The position numbers and the translations under genes are program-made. Below, piece by piece: positions 1 through 11,965 of a stretch of DNA of 64,000 nucleotides. The stretch's first letter is position 1. Each line of letters opens with the position of its first letter. The notes beneath the pieces were generated by a model, which ran no database searches, was not told where the DNA came from, and saw only the letters and a list, made by a program, of their open reading frames with translations. Source of the stretch: Escherichia coli O127:H6 str. E2348/69 (GTDB lineage Bacteria > Pseudomonadota > Gammaproteobacteria > Enterobacterales > Enterobacteriaceae); the NCBI RefSeq assembly GCF_000026545.1, contig NC_011601.1; one strand, given 5' to 3'.

Positions 1-123
1 CACCATACCAATACTGCCTTTTTGATAGCCTATACGTAACGCCTCTGGCGAAGACTCCGCGGCAACAGCAAGTGTAGAGACGCTAAGTAAACCCGCCAGC
101 GCCAGTTTAATGATCTTACGCAT
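1..123 (-). CDS. ssuA: SsuA sulfonate-binding protein, N-terminal fragment (gene runs off window start)
   Basis: Minus-strand ATG at 121-123 overlapping ssuE stop; N-terminus MRKIIKLALAGLLSVSTLAVA is a signal peptide; position downstream of ssuE. Confidence 0.6.
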   Translation of the reverse strand, partial: MRKIIKLALAGLLSVSTLAVAAESSPEALRIGYQKGSIGMV

Positions 124-691
124 GGGCATTACCTCGCAGAGACAGAAGGTCAGGAACCTGAACATCGCGGCGGTGCAACGCCTGCCAGAAAGTTTCTAGC
201 GCGGTATCAAGACGAGTTTGCAGATTTGGCGTGAACTGGGGTTTGTGGTGGTAATCAATTACTTGTGAGTCATCGGCAAACACGCCGTGTAGGATCTCCT
301 GGGCTTTCAGCGTACTTAAAACTGGCTTAAGGGCATAATCGACCGCCAGCAGATGGGCCACGGTGCCGCCTGTCGCCAGCGGCAGCACCACTTTGCCTTG
401 CAACGCACGTTCTGGCAGCAGGTCGAGCAGGGTTTTCAGTGCACCGGAATAGGCGGCTTTATACACAGGCGTGGCGACAATCAGCCCATCGGCCTGTTGC
501 AGCTGTTCGGTGAAGGTCTTGAGTGCCGGACTATCGAAACGAGCATAAAGCAGATCTTCCGGGACGAAGTTTTGCAAATTCCAGTGATAAACCTCTACAT
601 CCAGGCCATTTAGTTTTTCCCGCGCATATTCCAGCAAGGAGCTGGAGCGAGAAGGAAAGCGAGGACTACCCGCCAGGGTGATGACACGCAT
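116..691 (-). CDS. ssuE: NADPH-dependent FMN reductase SsuE
   Basis: 191-aa ORF recognised as E. coli SsuE; synteny with pyrD. Confidence 0.85.
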   Translation of the reverse strand: MRVITLAGSPRFPSRSSSLLEYAREKLNGLDVEVYHWNLQNFVPEDLLYARFDSPALKTFTEQLQQADGLIVATPVYKAAYSGALKTLLDLLPERALQGKVVLPLATGGTVAHLLAVDYALKPVLSTLKAQEILHGVFADDSQVIDYHHKPQFTPNLQTRLDTALETFWQALHRRDVQVPDLLSLRGNAHA

Positions 692-927
692 ACTCTCTCC
701 TTATAACCAATTGTTCTTTTTTTGTTAACATTGATAACAATTCGGTCAGTCTGACAGAGGGCGTCCGCGAGTCGAAATGATTTATCTGAGGAAGAAAAGC
801 CAAAAAAAGCATAAAAAAAGCGCAATAAGAAAACGTTTGCTATTTATTGCCGCAGGTCAATTCCCTTTTGGTCCGAACTCGCACATAATACGCCCCCGGT
901 TTGCACACCGGGAATCCAGGAGAGTTC

Positions 928-1938
928 ATGTACTACCCCTTCGTTCGTAAAGCCCTTTTCCAGCTCGATCCAGAGCGCGCTCATGAGTTTACTTTTCAGC
1001 AATTACGCCGTATTACCGGAACGCCGTTTGAAGCACTGGTGCGGCAGAAAGTGCCTGCGAAACCTGTTAACTGCATGGGCCTGACGTTTAAAAATCCGCT
1101 TGGTCTGGCAGCCGGTCTTGATAAAGACGGGGAGTGCATTGACGCGTTAGGCGCGATGGGATTTGGATCGATCGAGATCGGTACCGTCACGCCACGTCCC
1201 CAGCCAGGTAATGACAAGCCGCGTCTCTTTCGTCTGGTAGATGCCGAAGGTTTGATCAACCGTATGGGCTTTAATAATCTTGGCGTTGATAACCTCGTAG
1301 AGAACGTAAAAAAAGCCCATTACGACGGCGTTCTGGGTATTAACATCGGCAAAAATAAAGATACGCCGGTGGAGCAGGGTAAAGATGACTATCTGATTTG
1401 TATGGAAAAAATCTATGCCTATGCGGGATATATCGCCATCAATATTTCATCGCCAAATACCCCAGGATTACGCACACTGCAATATGGTGAAGCGCTGGAT
1501 GATCTCTTAACTGCGATTAAAAATAAACAAAATGATTTGCAAGTGATGCACCATAAATATGTGCCGATCGCAGTGAAGATCGCGCCGGATCTTTCTGAAG
1601 AAGAATTGATCCAGGTTGCCGATAGTTTAGTTCGCCATAATATTGATGGCGTTATTGCAACCAATACCACACTCGATCGTTCTCTGGTTCAGGGAATGAA
1701 AAATTGCGATCAAACCGGTGGCTTAAGTGGTCGTCCGCTTCAGTTAAAAAGCACCGAAATTATTCGCCGCTTGTCACAGGAATTAAACGGACGCTTGCCG
1801 ATTATTGGTGTTGGCGGCATTGACTCGGTTATCGCTGCGCGTGAAAAGATTGCTGCGGGTGCCTCACTGGTGCAAATTTATTCTGGTTTTATTTTTAAAG
1901 GTCCGCCGCTGATTAAAGAAATCGTTACCCATATCTAA
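928..1938 (+). CDS. pyrD: dihydroorotate dehydrogenase (quinone)
   Basis: ORF from internal ATG 928 (RBS caggagag) gives 336 aa starting [21 protein letters not shown], matching PyrD length. Confidence 0.95.
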   Translation: MYYPFVRKALFQLDPERAHEFTFQQLRRITGTPFEALVRQKVPAKPVNCMGLTFKNPLGLAAGLDKDGECIDALGAMGFGSIEIGTVTPRPQPGNDKPRLFRLVDAEGLINRMGFNNLGVDNLVENVKKAHYDGVLGINIGKNKDTPVEQGKDDYLICMEKIYAYAGYIAINISSPNTPGLRTLQYGEALDDLLTAIKNKQNDLQVMHHKYVPIAVKIAPDLSEEELIQVADSLVRHNIDGVIATNTTLDRSLVQGMKNCDQTGGLSGRPLQLKSTEIIRRLSQELNGRLPIIGVGGIDSVIAAREKIAAGASLVQIYSGFIFKGPPLIKEIVTHI

Positions 1939-2111
1939 TTATTTTTTCAAATTCCTCTTTATAAGATAATCAGGGCTTTATTTTCAGCCCTGGTTGTTTT
2001 ATATTCATCGCTGTTGCTTATTTAGACATTTTGTACTTTTATTGTTGAGGTTATTAAGCGAAGCGACAATGGATTGTGTCGCTGCGGTTTTATAAGGTTG
2101 GGGAGTGGCAG

Positions 2112-2654
2112 ATGCGAATTAAACCAGACGATAACTGGCGTTGGTATTACGATGAAGAGCACGATCGAATGATGCTCGATTTAGCCAATGGTATGCTATT
2201 TCGCTCACGTTTTGCGCGCAAAATGTTGACTCCAGATGCCTTTTCTCCCGCAGGTTTTTGCGTTGATGACGCCGCGCTCTATTTCTCTTTTGAAGAAAAG
2301 TGCCGCGATTTTAAGTTATCTAAAGAACAAAAAGCCGAACTGGTGCTGAATGCACTGGTAGCAATTCGTTATCTCAAACCGCAAATGCCGAAAAGCTGGC
2401 ATTTTGTATCTCATGGTGAAATGTGGATGCCCATGCCGGGCGATGCGGCCTACGTTTGGTTGAGCGACACTCATGAGCAAGTGAATTTACTGGTCGTTGA
2501 ATCTGGCGAGAATGCCGCGCTATGTCTACTGGCACAACCCTGCGTTGTTATTGCGGGTCGCGCGATGCAGTTGGGCGACGCCATTAAAATCATGAACGAC
2601 AGGCTGAAACCGCAGGTTAATGTTGACAGCTTCAGCCTCGAACAGGCAGTCTAA
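2112..2654 (+). CDS. zapC: cell division protein ZapC
   Basis: 180-aa product from ATG 2112 (RBS gggagtgg) starting [21 protein letters not shown]. Confidence 0.85.
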   Translation: MRIKPDDNWRWYYDEEHDRMMLDLANGMLFRSRFARKMLTPDAFSPAGFCVDDAALYFSFEEKCRDFKLSKEQKAELVLNALVAIRYLKPQMPKSWHFVSHGEMWMPMPGDAAYVWLSDTHEQVNLLVVESGENAALCLLAQPCVVIAGRAMQLGDAIKIMNDRLKPQVNVDSFSLEQAV

Positions 2655-3760
2655 CGCGCCAGCTTAAGCGCAGTCTTCGGTACACAACTACAGCAAAGAA
2701 TAGTGCCATCATCGCCTATTGCTGATTTTTTTAGCGGCGTGACTTCGCCTTCTAAAAGCTGAACACGGCAACTTCCACAAATGCCCGCGCGGCAAGAATA
2801 AGGGATACGAATTCCCTGATTTTCTAATTGCTCCAGCAGCACCTGTTGGTTATTTCCACGAAATGCCTGTCCCTGCCAGTCAATATCTACGTTTGCGTCC
2901 GGTTGTTGCGTGATGTTGGCAGTATCATCAGCGGCACCTGCGCCGTAAATTTTAGCCGGAGCCGTTGCCAGAATTTCCACCTCGTCGCCAACGCGAATCA
3001 CGCCGCTATTACGGGCAATTAAATTCTGACCAAAATCGACATCGCCGTTATCCTGGGCAGTACGGAAAGATTGCAGCGTTTTTAATGGTTCGCCTGCCGG
3101 ATGTTTTTGCCCTTTTTCTGGGCTGACGGTGGTGAAAATACAGCGGCTACAAGGCTTAACCACATCAAACACGACATCACCAATGCGAATCACTTTCCAG
3201 CTATCTTCTTCCCAGGCCGATGCACCGGAAACCACCAGATTGGGGCGGAATTGCTCCATTTTTACACTGGCCGGACAACGTTGTTGGAGATCACGTAACG
3301 AGGCCTCGTTAGCAAGAAGGTAAGGATAGCCATCAGCAAATGACAGGGGTACAGTGTTGTGGCGTTTCACGCGCCGGGTCATTTGTGGCCCCACCCAGCG
3401 TAATTGCACTTCGCGGGAGAAAAATCCACTTAGCCATTTGTTGATCGCGTCTGGCGCAATTCGCGCGGTAAAATGTGTGCCCCAAACTTCGGTTGGTGCG
3501 TCTTGTGTGGCGAAATCAGCAAAACGAACATATGCACTACTGCCATCTGGTGCGGTGAGATGCAAGCCATCATGCACGGGTGAAGGAGTAAACCGTACCA
3601 TTAGCGGAAACTGGCGAGCGGTAATAAACGTACCGTCAGGTTCCGTGATCATAAAGATGCGATCGAAGGCCAGACCACTGACATCTGCCAGGGTATGTGT
3701 AAGACCAATGCCGCGCATCGATTTAACAGGATGAATAAAAAGCCGGGTTAATGTCGCCAC
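2651..3760 (-). CDS. ycbX: MOSC-domain 2Fe-2S protein YcbX
   Basis: 369-aa ORF with C-terminal Cys-rich ferredoxin-like tail; K-12 synteny. Confidence 0.85.
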   Translation of the reverse strand: MATLTRLFIHPVKSMRGIGLTHTLADVSGLAFDRIFMITEPDGTFITARQFPLMVRFTPSPVHDGLHLTAPDGSSAYVRFADFATQDAPTEVWGTHFTARIAPDAINKWLSGFFSREVQLRWVGPQMTRRVKRHNTVPLSFADGYPYLLANEASLRDLQQRCPASVKMEQFRPNLVVSGASAWEEDSWKVIRIGDVVFDVVKPCSRCIFTTVSPEKGQKHPAGEPLKTLQSFRTAQDNGDVDFGQNLIARNSGVIRVGDEVEILATAPAKIYGAGAADDTANITQQPDANVDIDWQGQAFRGNNQQVLLEQLENQGIRIPYSCRAGICGSCRVQLLEGEVTPLKKSAIGDDGTILCCSCVPKTALKLAR

Positions 3761-3857
3761 GGTGCGGTCCTCAAATGAAAATAAGCCCTCAACTTTATGA
3801 CATGACGCGCTTATTAGCTATAATGCGCAACAATTTTCTTAGAGTAAAAGTGACAAT

Positions 3858-5966
3858 ATGAATTCTCTGTTTGCCAGTACGGCCCGTGGGCTGGAAGAGC
3901 TGTTAAAAACTGAACTGGAAAACCTGGGGGCCGTTGAATGCCAGGTGGTTCAGGGTGGGGTCCATTTCAAGGGCGACACACGGCTTGTTTACCAGAGCCT
4001 GATGTGGAGCCGCCTGGCCTCGCGTATTATGTTGCCGCTGGGCGAGTGTAAGGTTTACAGCGATTTAGACCTCTATCTCGGTGTTCAGGCGATCAACTGG
4101 ACAGAGATGTTTAATCCTGGCGCGACCTTCGCTGTCCACTTCAGTGGTTTGAATGACACCATACGCAACAGTCAGTACGGTGCGATGAAAGTGAAAGACG
4201 CGATCGTCGATGCTTTCACGCGGAAAAATCTGCCGCGTCCAAATGTTGATCGCGATGCGCCGGATATCCGCGTTAACGTCTGGCTGCATAAAGAAACCGC
4301 CAGTATCGCCCTTGATCTCAGTGGTGATGGTTTACATCTGCGTGGCTATCGCGATCGTGCTGGCATTGCGCCGATCAAAGAAACCCTGGCAGCCGCTATT
4401 GTGATGCGATCCGGCTGGCAGCCAGGAACACCGCTGCTCGATCCAATGTGTGGTTCAGGTACGTTGCTGATTGAAGCGGCTATGTTGGCGACCGACCGCG
4501 CACCGGGCTTGCACCGTGGGCGTTGGGGCTTTAGCGGCTGGACGCAGCATGATGAAGCTATCTGGCAGGAAGTGAAAGCGGAAGCGCAAACTCGTGCCCG
4601 TAAAGGCCTGGCGGAGTATAGCTCCCATTTCTACGGTTCGGACAGTGACGCACGGGTGATTCAACGTGCGCGCACTAACGCCCGTCTTGCGGGGATTGGT
4701 GAACTGATCACCTTTGAGGTGAACGATGTCGCGCAACTGGCCAATCCGCTGCCGAAAGGGCCGTACGGTACAGTGTTGAGCAACCCGCCATACGGTGAAC
4801 GTCTGGACAGCGAACCGGCGCTGATTGCGCTGCATAGTCTGCTGGGCCGAATCATGAAAAACCAGTTCGGTGGCTGGAATCTCTCTTTGTTTAGTGCCTC
4901 GCCGGATCTGCTAAGCTGCCTGCAGCTGCGTGCAGACAAACAGTACAAGGCGAAAAACGGCCCGCTGGACTGCGTACAGAAAAACTACCATGTTGCCGAA
5001 AGCACACCAGACAGCAAACCGGTAATGGCAGCGGAAGACTACGCCAACCGTCTGCGTAAGAACCTCAAAAAATTCGAGAAGTGGGCTCGCCAGGAAGGAA
5101 TTGAATGTTACCGCCTGTATGACGCCGATCTGCCGGAATATAACGTTGCCGTTGACCGTTATGCCGACTGGGTGGTGGTGCAGGAGTATGCGCCGCCAAA
5201 AACTATTGATGCGCACAAAGCGCGTCAGCGTCTGTTCGATATTATCGCTGCAACCATTTCGGTACTGGGGATTGCGCCAAACAAACTGGTGCTGAAAACC
5301 CGTGAACGCCAGAAGGGCAAAAATCAATACCAGAAACTGGGCGAGAAGGGCGAGTTTCTGGAAGTTACCGAATATAACGCTCACTTGTGGGTGAACCTGA
5401 CGGATTACCTCGATACCGGTCTGTTCCTCGATCACCGTATCGCCCGTCGTATGCTCGGTCAGATGAGCAAAGGCAAAGATTTCCTCAACCTGTTCTCTTA
5501 TACCGGCAGCGCCACCGTGCATGCGGGATTAGGCGGTGCACGCAGCACCACCACCGTGGATATGTCGCGTACTTATCTGGAGTGGGCAGAACGCAACCTG
5601 CGTCTGAATGGCCTAACCGGGCGTGCGCATCGCCTGATTCAGGCCGATTGCCTGGCGTGGCTGCGTGAGGCAAATGAACAGTTTGATCTGATCTTTATCG
5701 ATCCGCCAACCTTCTCTAACTCAAAACGAATGGAAGATGCGTTTGATGTTCAGCGCGATCATCTGGCGCTGATGAAAGATTTGAAACGTCTGCTGCGTGC
5801 AGGTGGGACGATCATGTTCTCGAACAACAAACGCGGCTTCCGTATGGATCTCGACGGCCTGGCGAAACTGGGACTGAAAGCACAAGAAATTACGCAAAAA
5901 ACGCTCTCCCAGGATTTCGCCCGTAACCGCCAGATCCACAACTGCTGGCTGATTACCGCAGCCTGA
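3858..5966 (+). CDS. rlmL: bifunctional 23S rRNA methyltransferase RlmKL
   Basis: 702-aa ORF with two methyltransferase modules; synteny. Confidence 0.9.
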   Translation: MNSLFASTARGLEELLKTELENLGAVECQVVQGGVHFKGDTRLVYQSLMWSRLASRIMLPLGECKVYSDLDLYLGVQAINWTEMFNPGATFAVHFSGLNDTIRNSQYGAMKVKDAIVDAFTRKNLPRPNVDRDAPDIRVNVWLHKETASIALDLSGDGLHLRGYRDRAGIAPIKETLAAAIVMRSGWQPGTPLLDPMCGSGTLLIEAAMLATDRAPGLHRGRWGFSGWTQHDEAIWQEVKAEAQTRARKGLAEYSSHFYGSDSDARVIQRARTNARLAGIGELITFEVNDVAQLANPLPKGPYGTVLSNPPYGERLDSEPALIALHSLLGRIMKNQFGGWNLSLFSASPDLLSCLQLRADKQYKAKNGPLDCVQKNYHVAESTPDSKPVMAAEDYANRLRKNLKKFEKWARQEGIECYRLYDADLPEYNVAVDRYADWVVVQEYAPPKTIDAHKARQRLFDIIAATISVLGIAPNKLVLKTRERQKGKNQYQKLGEKGEFLEVTEYNAHLWVNLTDYLDTGLFLDHRIARRMLGQMSKGKDFLNLFSYTGSATVHAGLGGARSTTTVDMSRTYLEWAERNLRLNGLTGRAHRLIQADCLAWLREANEQFDLIFIDPPTFSNSKRMEDAFDVQRDHLALMKDLKRLLRAGGTIMFSNNKRGFRMDLDGLAKLGLKAQEITQKTLSQDFARNRQIHNCWLITAA

Positions 5967-5977
5967 AAGGAATAGTA

Positions 5978-7885
5978 ATGTCATTAATCAGTATGCATGG
6001 CGCATGGCTGTCGTTCAGCGACGCGCCGCTTCTCGATAACGCCGAACTGCATATCGAAGATAACGAACGTGTTTGTCTGGTGGGGCGTAACGGTGCAGGC
6101 AAATCAACGTTAATGAAGATCCTCAACCGTGAACAGGGGCTGGATGACGGTCGCATTATTTATGAGCAAGATTTGATTGTAGCTCGTCTGCAACAGGATC
6201 CGCCGCGTAACGTTGAGGGTAGCGTTTATGATTTCGTTGCCGAAGGCATTGAAGAACAAGCGGAATACCTGAAACGCTATCACGATATTTCGCGCCTGGT
6301 GATGAACGACCCGAGCGAGAAAAATCTCAACGAACTGGCGAAGGTTCAGGAACAGCTGGATCACCACAACCTGTGGCAGCTGGAAAACCGCATCAACGAA
6401 GTGCTGGCGCAACTGGGATTAGATCCTAATGTTGCGCTGTCGTCGCTTTCCGGCGGCTGGTTGCGTAAAGCGGCATTAGGACGCGCGCTGGTGAGCAATC
6501 CGCGCGTATTGCTGCTCGACGAACCGACTAACCACCTAGATATTGAAACCATCGACTGGCTGGAAGGGTTCCTCAAAACCTTCAATGGGACAATTATTTT
6601 CATTTCCCACGACCGTTCGTTTATCCGCAATATGGCGACGCGCATTGTTGATCTCGATCGCGGCAAGCTGGTGACCTATCCAGGGAATTACGACCAGTAC
6701 CTGCTGGAAAAAGAAGAAGCCCTGCGCGTGGAAGAATTACAAAATGCCGAGTTCGAGCGCAAACTGGCGCAGGAAGAGGTGTGGATCCGCCAGGGGATCA
6801 AAGCACGTCGTACCCGTAATGAAGGCCGCGTACGCGCCCTGAAAGCAATGCGTCGCGAGCGTGGTGAACGTCGCGAAGTGATGGGTACCGCAAAGATGCA
6901 GGTGGAAGAAGCCAGCCGCTCCGGTAAGATCGTTTTCGAAATGGAGGACGTTTGCTACCAGGTTGACGGTAAGCAACTGGTGAAAGATTTTTCTGCCCAG
7001 GTTCTACGCGGCGACAAAATTGCCCTGATTGGTCCGAATGGGTGCGGCAAAACCACGCTGCTGAAACTAATGCTCGGTCAGCTTCAAGCAGACAGCGGGC
7101 GTATTCATGTTGGCACCAAACTGGAAGTGGCTTATTTCGATCAGCACCGCGCGGAACTGGATCCCGATAAAACGGTGATGGATAACCTTGCCGAAGGTAA
7201 GCAAGAGGTGATGGTTAACGGCAAGCCACGCCACGTATTGGGCTATTTGCAGGACTTCCTGTTCCATCCAAAACGGGCGATGACGCCGGTACGTGCGCTT
7301 TCTGGCGGTGAGCGTAACCGCTTGTTGTTGGCGCGTTTGTTCCTCAAACCAAGCAACTTATTGATTCTTGACGAACCGACCAACGATCTTGATGTCGAAA
7401 CGCTGGAACTGCTGGAAGAACTGATCGACAGCTATCAGGGCACGGTATTGCTGGTTAGCCACGATCGTCAGTTTGTCGATAACACCGTTACAGAATGCTG
7501 GATCTTCGAAGGCGGCGGTAAAATTGGTCGTTATGTCGGCGGTTATCATGATGCCCGTGGTCAGCAAGAACAGTATGTGGCGCTCAAACAGCCTGCGGTG
7601 AAAAAAAGCGAAGAAGCCGCTGCGCCAAAAGCAGAAACTGTAAAACGCAGCAGTAGCAAACTAAGCTATAAATTGCAGCGCGAACTGGAGCAGCTACCGC
7701 AATTGCTTGAAGATCTGGAGGCGAAGCTGGAAGCCCTACAGACGCAGGTGGCGGATGCTTCCTTCTTCAGTCAGCCCCATGAGCAGACACAAAAAGTGCT
7801 CGCCGATATGGCTGCTGCAGAGCAGGAGCTGGAGCAAGCCTTTGAACGCTGGGAGTATCTTGAAGCGTTAAAAAATGGTGGCTGA
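5978..7885 (+). CDS. uup: ABC-F ATPase Uup
   Basis: 635-aa ORF with two Walker A motifs (GRNGAGKST, GPNGCGKTT) and C-terminal coiled coil. Confidence 0.95.
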   Translation: MSLISMHGAWLSFSDAPLLDNAELHIEDNERVCLVGRNGAGKSTLMKILNREQGLDDGRIIYEQDLIVARLQQDPPRNVEGSVYDFVAEGIEEQAEYLKRYHDISRLVMNDPSEKNLNELAKVQEQLDHHNLWQLENRINEVLAQLGLDPNVALSSLSGGWLRKAALGRALVSNPRVLLLDEPTNHLDIETIDWLEGFLKTFNGTIIFISHDRSFIRNMATRIVDLDRGKLVTYPGNYDQYLLEKEEALRVEELQNAEFERKLAQEEVWIRQGIKARRTRNEGRVRALKAMRRERGERREVMGTAKMQVEEASRSGKIVFEMEDVCYQVDGKQLVKDFSAQVLRGDKIALIGPNGCGKTTLLKLMLGQLQADSGRIHVGTKLEVAYFDQHRAELDPDKTVMDNLAEGKQEVMVNGKPRHVLGYLQDFLFHPKRAMTPVRALSGGERNRLLLARLFLKPSNLLILDEPTNDLDVETLELLEELIDSYQGTVLLVSHDRQFVDNTVTECWIFEGGGKIGRYVGGYHDARGQQEQYVALKQPAVKKSEEAAAPKAETVKRSSSKLSYKLQRELEQLPQLLEDLEAKLEALQTQVADASFFSQPHEQTQKVLADMAAAEQELEQAFERWEYLEALKNGG

Positions 7886-8014
7886 TCGCAAAATAGTCGA
7901 TTTAAACAGAGACAGCTGACAACGGTAAAATTGCCTGATGAACTGGGTTTATCAGGCATGAAAACCAACACTTTGTTCGTCATCTGTAAAATAGCGCATC
8001 ATTAAGGAGTACCA

Positions 8015-9268
8015 ATGTGCGAACATCATCATGCCGCGAAGCACATCCTGTGCTCGCAGTGTGACATGCTGGTGGCGTTACCGCGCCTTGAGCATGGTCA
8101 GAAAGCGGCATGTCCCCGGTGTGGCACAACGTTAACCGTGGCGTGGGATGCCCCTCGGCAGCGTCCCACCGCCTATGCGTTGGCTGCACTGTTCATGCTG
8201 TTGCTGTCCAACTTGTTTCCTTTTGTGAATATGAACGTTGCAGGAGTTACCAGTGAAATTACATTACTGGAAATTCCCGGCGTGCTTTTTTTTGAGGACT
8301 ACGCCAGCCTCGGCACCTTTTTCCTGTTGTTTGTGCAACTGGTTCCCGCGTTTTGTCTGATAACCATTCTGTTACTGGTGAATCGCGCGGAATTACCGGT
8401 CCGTTTAAAAGAGCAACTGGCACGGGGGCTTTTTCAACTCAAAACCTGGGGAATGGCGGAGATTTTCCTCGCGGGTGTGCTGGTCAGTTTCGTTAAACTG
8501 ATGGCTTACGGCAGCATTGGTGTCGGCAGCAGCTTTCTCCCCTGGTGTTTATTTTGTGTCCTGCAACTGCGCGCCTTTCAGTGCGTTGATCGTCGCTGGT
8601 TATGGGATGACATCGCCCCGATGCCAGAGCTGCGCCAGCCGCTAAAACCAGGCGTCACGGGGATACGTCAGGGGCTGCGTTCGTGCTCCTGTTGTACGGC
8701 AATCCTTCCTGCTGATGAACCCGTGTGCCCGCGCTGTGGTACTAAAGGGTACGTTCGACGTAGAAACAGCCTGCAATGGACACTCGCGCTGCTTGTTACG
8801 TCCATCATGCTGTATCTTCCGGCTAATATTTTGCCCATCATGGTGACGGATTTATTAGGCTCGAAGATGCCGTCGACGATTCTTGCTGGGGTCATCCTGT
8901 TATGGAGCGAAGGCTCTTATCCCGTCGCTGCGGTGATCTTTCTGGCCAGTATTATGGTGCCAACGTTAAAGATGATCGCCATTGCGTGGCTGTGTTGGGA
9001 TGCCAAAGGACACGGCAAGCGCGACAGTGAAAGAATGCATTTGATTTATGAAGTTGTTGAGTTTGTAGGCCGCTGGTCGATGATTGACGTTTTCGTTATC
9101 GCGGTGCTCTCGGCGCTGGTGCGTATGGGAGGTTTAATGAGTATTTATCCGGCAATGGGTGCATTAATGTTTGCTTTAGTCGTCATAATGACAATGTTTT
9201 CTGCTATGACGTTTGACCCGCGTTTGTCGTGGGATCGTCAACCTGAATCAGAGCATGAGGAGTCCTGA
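8015..9268 (+). CDS. pqiA: paraquat-inducible membrane protein PqiA
   Basis: 417-aa polytopic membrane ORF with N-terminal CxxC pairs; operon with pqiB. Confidence 0.9.
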   Translation: MCEHHHAAKHILCSQCDMLVALPRLEHGQKAACPRCGTTLTVAWDAPRQRPTAYALAALFMLLLSNLFPFVNMNVAGVTSEITLLEIPGVLFFEDYASLGTFFLLFVQLVPAFCLITILLLVNRAELPVRLKEQLARGLFQLKTWGMAEIFLAGVLVSFVKLMAYGSIGVGSSFLPWCLFCVLQLRAFQCVDRRWLWDDIAPMPELRQPLKPGVTGIRQGLRSCSCCTAILPADEPVCPRCGTKGYVRRRNSLQWTLALLVTSIMLYLPANILPIMVTDLLGSKMPSTILAGVILLWSEGSYPVAAVIFLASIMVPTLKMIAIAWLCWDAKGHGKRDSERMHLIYEVVEFVGRWSMIDVFVIAVLSALVRMGGLMSIYPAMGALMFALVVIMTMFSAMTFDPRLSWDRQPESEHEES

Positions 9269-9272
9269 CAGT

Positions 9273-10913
9273 ATGGAATCTAATAATGGGGAAGCCAAAA
9301 TCCAGAAAGTGAAGAACTGGTCTCCCGTGTGGATATTTCCTATCGTCACGGCGCTCATTGGGGCCTGGGTTCTTTTTTATCATTACAGCCATCAGGGACC
9401 GGAAGTGACCCTGATCACCGCGAATGCGGAAGGAATTGAAGGTGGCAAAACCACCATTAAAAGCCGTAGCGTTGACGTCGGCGTGGTTGAAAGCGCCACA
9501 CTGGCTGATGATTTGACGCACGTTGAAATCAAAGCGCGGCTGAATTCCGGTATGGAAAAATTGCTGCATAAAGATACCGTCTTTTGGGTGGTGAAACCGC
9601 AGATTGGTCGAGAAGGGATTAGCGGCCTGGGAACGCTACTGTCTGGGGTTTATATCGAACTGCAGCCAGGCGCGAAAGGCAGCAAAATGGATAAATACGA
9701 TTTGCTGGACTCGCCACCGTTGGCCCCGCCTGATGCGAAAGGTATCCGTGTGCTTCTCGATAGCAAAAAAGCCGGGCAGCTCTCGCCAGGAGATCCGGTG
9801 CTGTTCCGTGGCTATCGGGTAGGTTCGGTTGAAACCAGCACTTTCGATACGCAAAAACGCAATATCAGCTATCAACTGTTCATCAATGCACCTTATGACC
9901 GACTGGTGACCAGCAATGTTCGTTTCTGGAAAGATAGTGGCATTGCGGTTGATCTGACGTCAGCGGGAATGCGTGTGGAGATGGGCTCATTGACAACGCT
10001 GCTTAGTGGCGGTGTCAGCTTTGATGTGCCGGAAGGTCTGGATTTAGGGCAGCCAGTGGCACCGAAAACAGCTTTCGTTTTGTATGATGATCAGAAGAGC
10101 ATTCAGGATTCGTTGTACACCGATCACATTGATTATCTGATGTTCTTTAAAGATTCGGTACGCGGTCTGCAACCGGGAGCTCCGGTAGAATTCCGGGGTA
10201 TTCGCCTGGGTACCGTAAGCAAAGTGCCATTCTTTGCGCCGAATATGCGTCAGACATTTAACGATGATTACCGTATTCCGGTACTGATTCGTATCGAGCC
10301 AGAGCGGCTGAAAATGCAGCTTGGCGAAAATGCGGATGTTGTTGAGCACCTTGGCGAATTGTTGAAACGTGGTTTACGCGGATCGCTGAAAACCGGAAAC
10401 CTGGTCACTGGCGCACTGTATGTTGATCTCGATTTCTATCCAAATACGCCTGCAATAACCGGTATTCGTGAATTTAATGGTTATCAGATTATCCCGACCG
10501 TCAGCGGCGGCCTGGCGCAAATCCAGCAACGACTGATGGAAGCGTTGGATAAGATCAACAAACTGCCACTGAATCCGATGATTGAACAGGCAACCAGTAC
10601 GCTTTCTGAAAGTCAGCGCACAATGAAAAACCTGCAAACGACGCTGGATAGCATGAACAAGATCCTTGCCAGCCAGTCGATGCAGCAGTTACCGACGGAT
10701 ATGCAGTCAACGTTGCGTGAATTGAATCGCAGCATGCAGGGCTTCCAGCCTGGTTCCGCAGCCTACAACAAGATGGTGGCGGATATGCAGCGCCTTGATC
10801 AGGTGTTGCGAGAACTGCAACCGGTGCTGAAAACGCTCAACGAGAAGAGTAACGCGCTGGTATTTGAAGCGAAGGACAAAAAAGATCCAGAGCCGAAGAG
10901 GGCGAAACAATGA
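9273..10913 (+). CDS. pqiB: MCE-domain envelope-spanning protein PqiB
   Basis: 546-aa product from ATG 9273 starting MESNNGEAKIQKVKNWSPVW. Confidence 0.9.
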   Translation: MESNNGEAKIQKVKNWSPVWIFPIVTALIGAWVLFYHYSHQGPEVTLITANAEGIEGGKTTIKSRSVDVGVVESATLADDLTHVEIKARLNSGMEKLLHKDTVFWVVKPQIGREGISGLGTLLSGVYIELQPGAKGSKMDKYDLLDSPPLAPPDAKGIRVLLDSKKAGQLSPGDPVLFRGYRVGSVETSTFDTQKRNISYQLFINAPYDRLVTSNVRFWKDSGIAVDLTSAGMRVEMGSLTTLLSGGVSFDVPEGLDLGQPVAPKTAFVLYDDQKSIQDSLYTDHIDYLMFFKDSVRGLQPGAPVEFRGIRLGTVSKVPFFAPNMRQTFNDDYRIPVLIRIEPERLKMQLGENADVVEHLGELLKRGLRGSLKTGNLVTGALYVDLDFYPNTPAITGIREFNGYQIIPTVSGGLAQIQQRLMEALDKINKLPLNPMIEQATSTLSESQRTMKNLQTTLDSMNKILASQSMQQLPTDMQSTLRELNRSMQGFQPGSAAYNKMVADMQRLDQVLRELQPVLKTLNEKSNALVFEAKDKKDPEPKRAKQ

Positions 10914-11473
10914 AAAAGTGGCTAGTGACGATTGCGGCACTCTGGCTGGCCGGATGCAGCTCCGGCGAAATTAATAAAAACTATTACCAGTTACCTGTGG
11001 TGCAGAGCGGTACACAAAGCACCGCCAGCCAGGGTAATCGCCTGTTATGGGTTGAGCAGGTCGCTGTTCCTGACTATCTGGCGGGGAATGGTGTGGTTTA
11101 TCAAACCAGTGATGTGAAGTATGTGATTGCCAACAACAACCTGTGGGCCAGCCCGTTGGATCAACAGTTGCGCAACACCCTGGTTGCCAACCTGAGTACG
11201 CAACTGCCCGGCTGGGTGGTTGCCTCCCAGCCTCTGGGAAGCGCCCAGGACACGCTCAATGTTACCGTCACGGAGTTTAACGGTCGCTATGATGGCAAGG
11301 TCATTGTCAGTGGTGAGTGGCTGTTGAACCACCAGGGACAACTGATCAAACGTCCGTTCCGTCTGGAAGGAGTGCAAACTCAGGATGGTTACGATGAGAT
11401 GGTTAAAGTGCTGGCCAGTGTCTGGAGTCAGGAAGCCGCTTCTATTGCGCAAGAGATAAAGCGTCTACCTTAA
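10910..11473 (+). CDS. pqiC: lipoprotein PqiC (YmbA)
   Basis: 187-aa ORF with lipobox LAGCSS; start overlaps pqiB stop. Confidence 0.85.
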   Translation: MKKWLVTIAALWLAGCSSGEINKNYYQLPVVQSGTQSTASQGNRLLWVEQVAVPDYLAGNGVVYQTSDVKYVIANNNLWASPLDQQLRNTLVANLSTQLPGWVVASQPLGSAQDTLNVTVTEFNGRYDGKVIVSGEWLLNHQGQLIKRPFRLEGVQTQDGYDEMVKVLASVWSQEAASIAQEIKRLP

Positions 11474-11728
11474 TCATAAAGATTTGTAAATATAACCGTC
11501 TCCGGTATGTTGCCTGAGGCGGTTTTTTTGTTTCTAACGTGCGGAAAAAGTTGTTCCTCTTCACATTTTTTGTACAACCGACATGCCCGTGTAGTTCACA
11601 AATATGACAGTGGCGTGAATTTTGCGCATTGACGGCAGTTATGATTCGCGGTATTGCTTAACTGTGATTGCATATTTAGTAATCACTGTTTTCTTTTCCA
11701 CCAGAAACCAGTATGAGGGAAACGAGGC

Positions 11729-11896
11729 ATGAAGAGACAAAAACGAGATCGCCTGGAACGGGCACATCAACGTGGTTATCAGGCCGGCATCGCCGGACGC
11801 TCAAAAGAAATGTGTCCCTATCAGACGCTGAATCAAAGGTCACAATGGCTGGGAGGCTGGCGAGAAGCCATGGCGGACAGGGTAGTAATGGCCTGA
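11729..11896 (+). CDS. rmf: ribosome modulation factor
   Basis: 55-aa ORF MKRQKRDRLERAHQRGYQAGIAGRSKEMCPYQTLNQRSQWLGGWREAMADRVVMA, below the ORF-track size cut-off; the listed 11713..11910 ORF is the wrong frame. Confidence 0.9.
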   Translation: MKRQKRDRLERAHQRGYQAGIAGRSKEMCPYQTLNQRSQWLGGWREAMADRVVMA

Positions 11897-11908
11897 TTCT
11901 GTCTCTTT

Positions 11909-11945
11909 AAAAAGAAACCTCCGCATTGCGGAGGTTTCGCCTTTA
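11909..11945. terminator. bidirectional intrinsic terminator between rmf and fabA
   Basis: Hairpin cctccgc-att-gcggagg flanked by A-run upstream and T-rich tract downstream. Confidence 0.6.
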
Positions 11946-11965
11946 TATACTCTGTCTGATTAAAA

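Noticed and set aside
7905-7960. Inverted repeat gcctgatgaactgggtttatcaggc downstream of uup as a terminator
   Set aside because: Imperfect stem and no adjoining T-run; more likely a REP-like palindrome fragment, not called.
11713-11910. 65-aa ORF covering the rmf locus
   Set aside because: Wrong frame; the 55-aa frame starting at 11729 gives the recognisable Rmf sequence.
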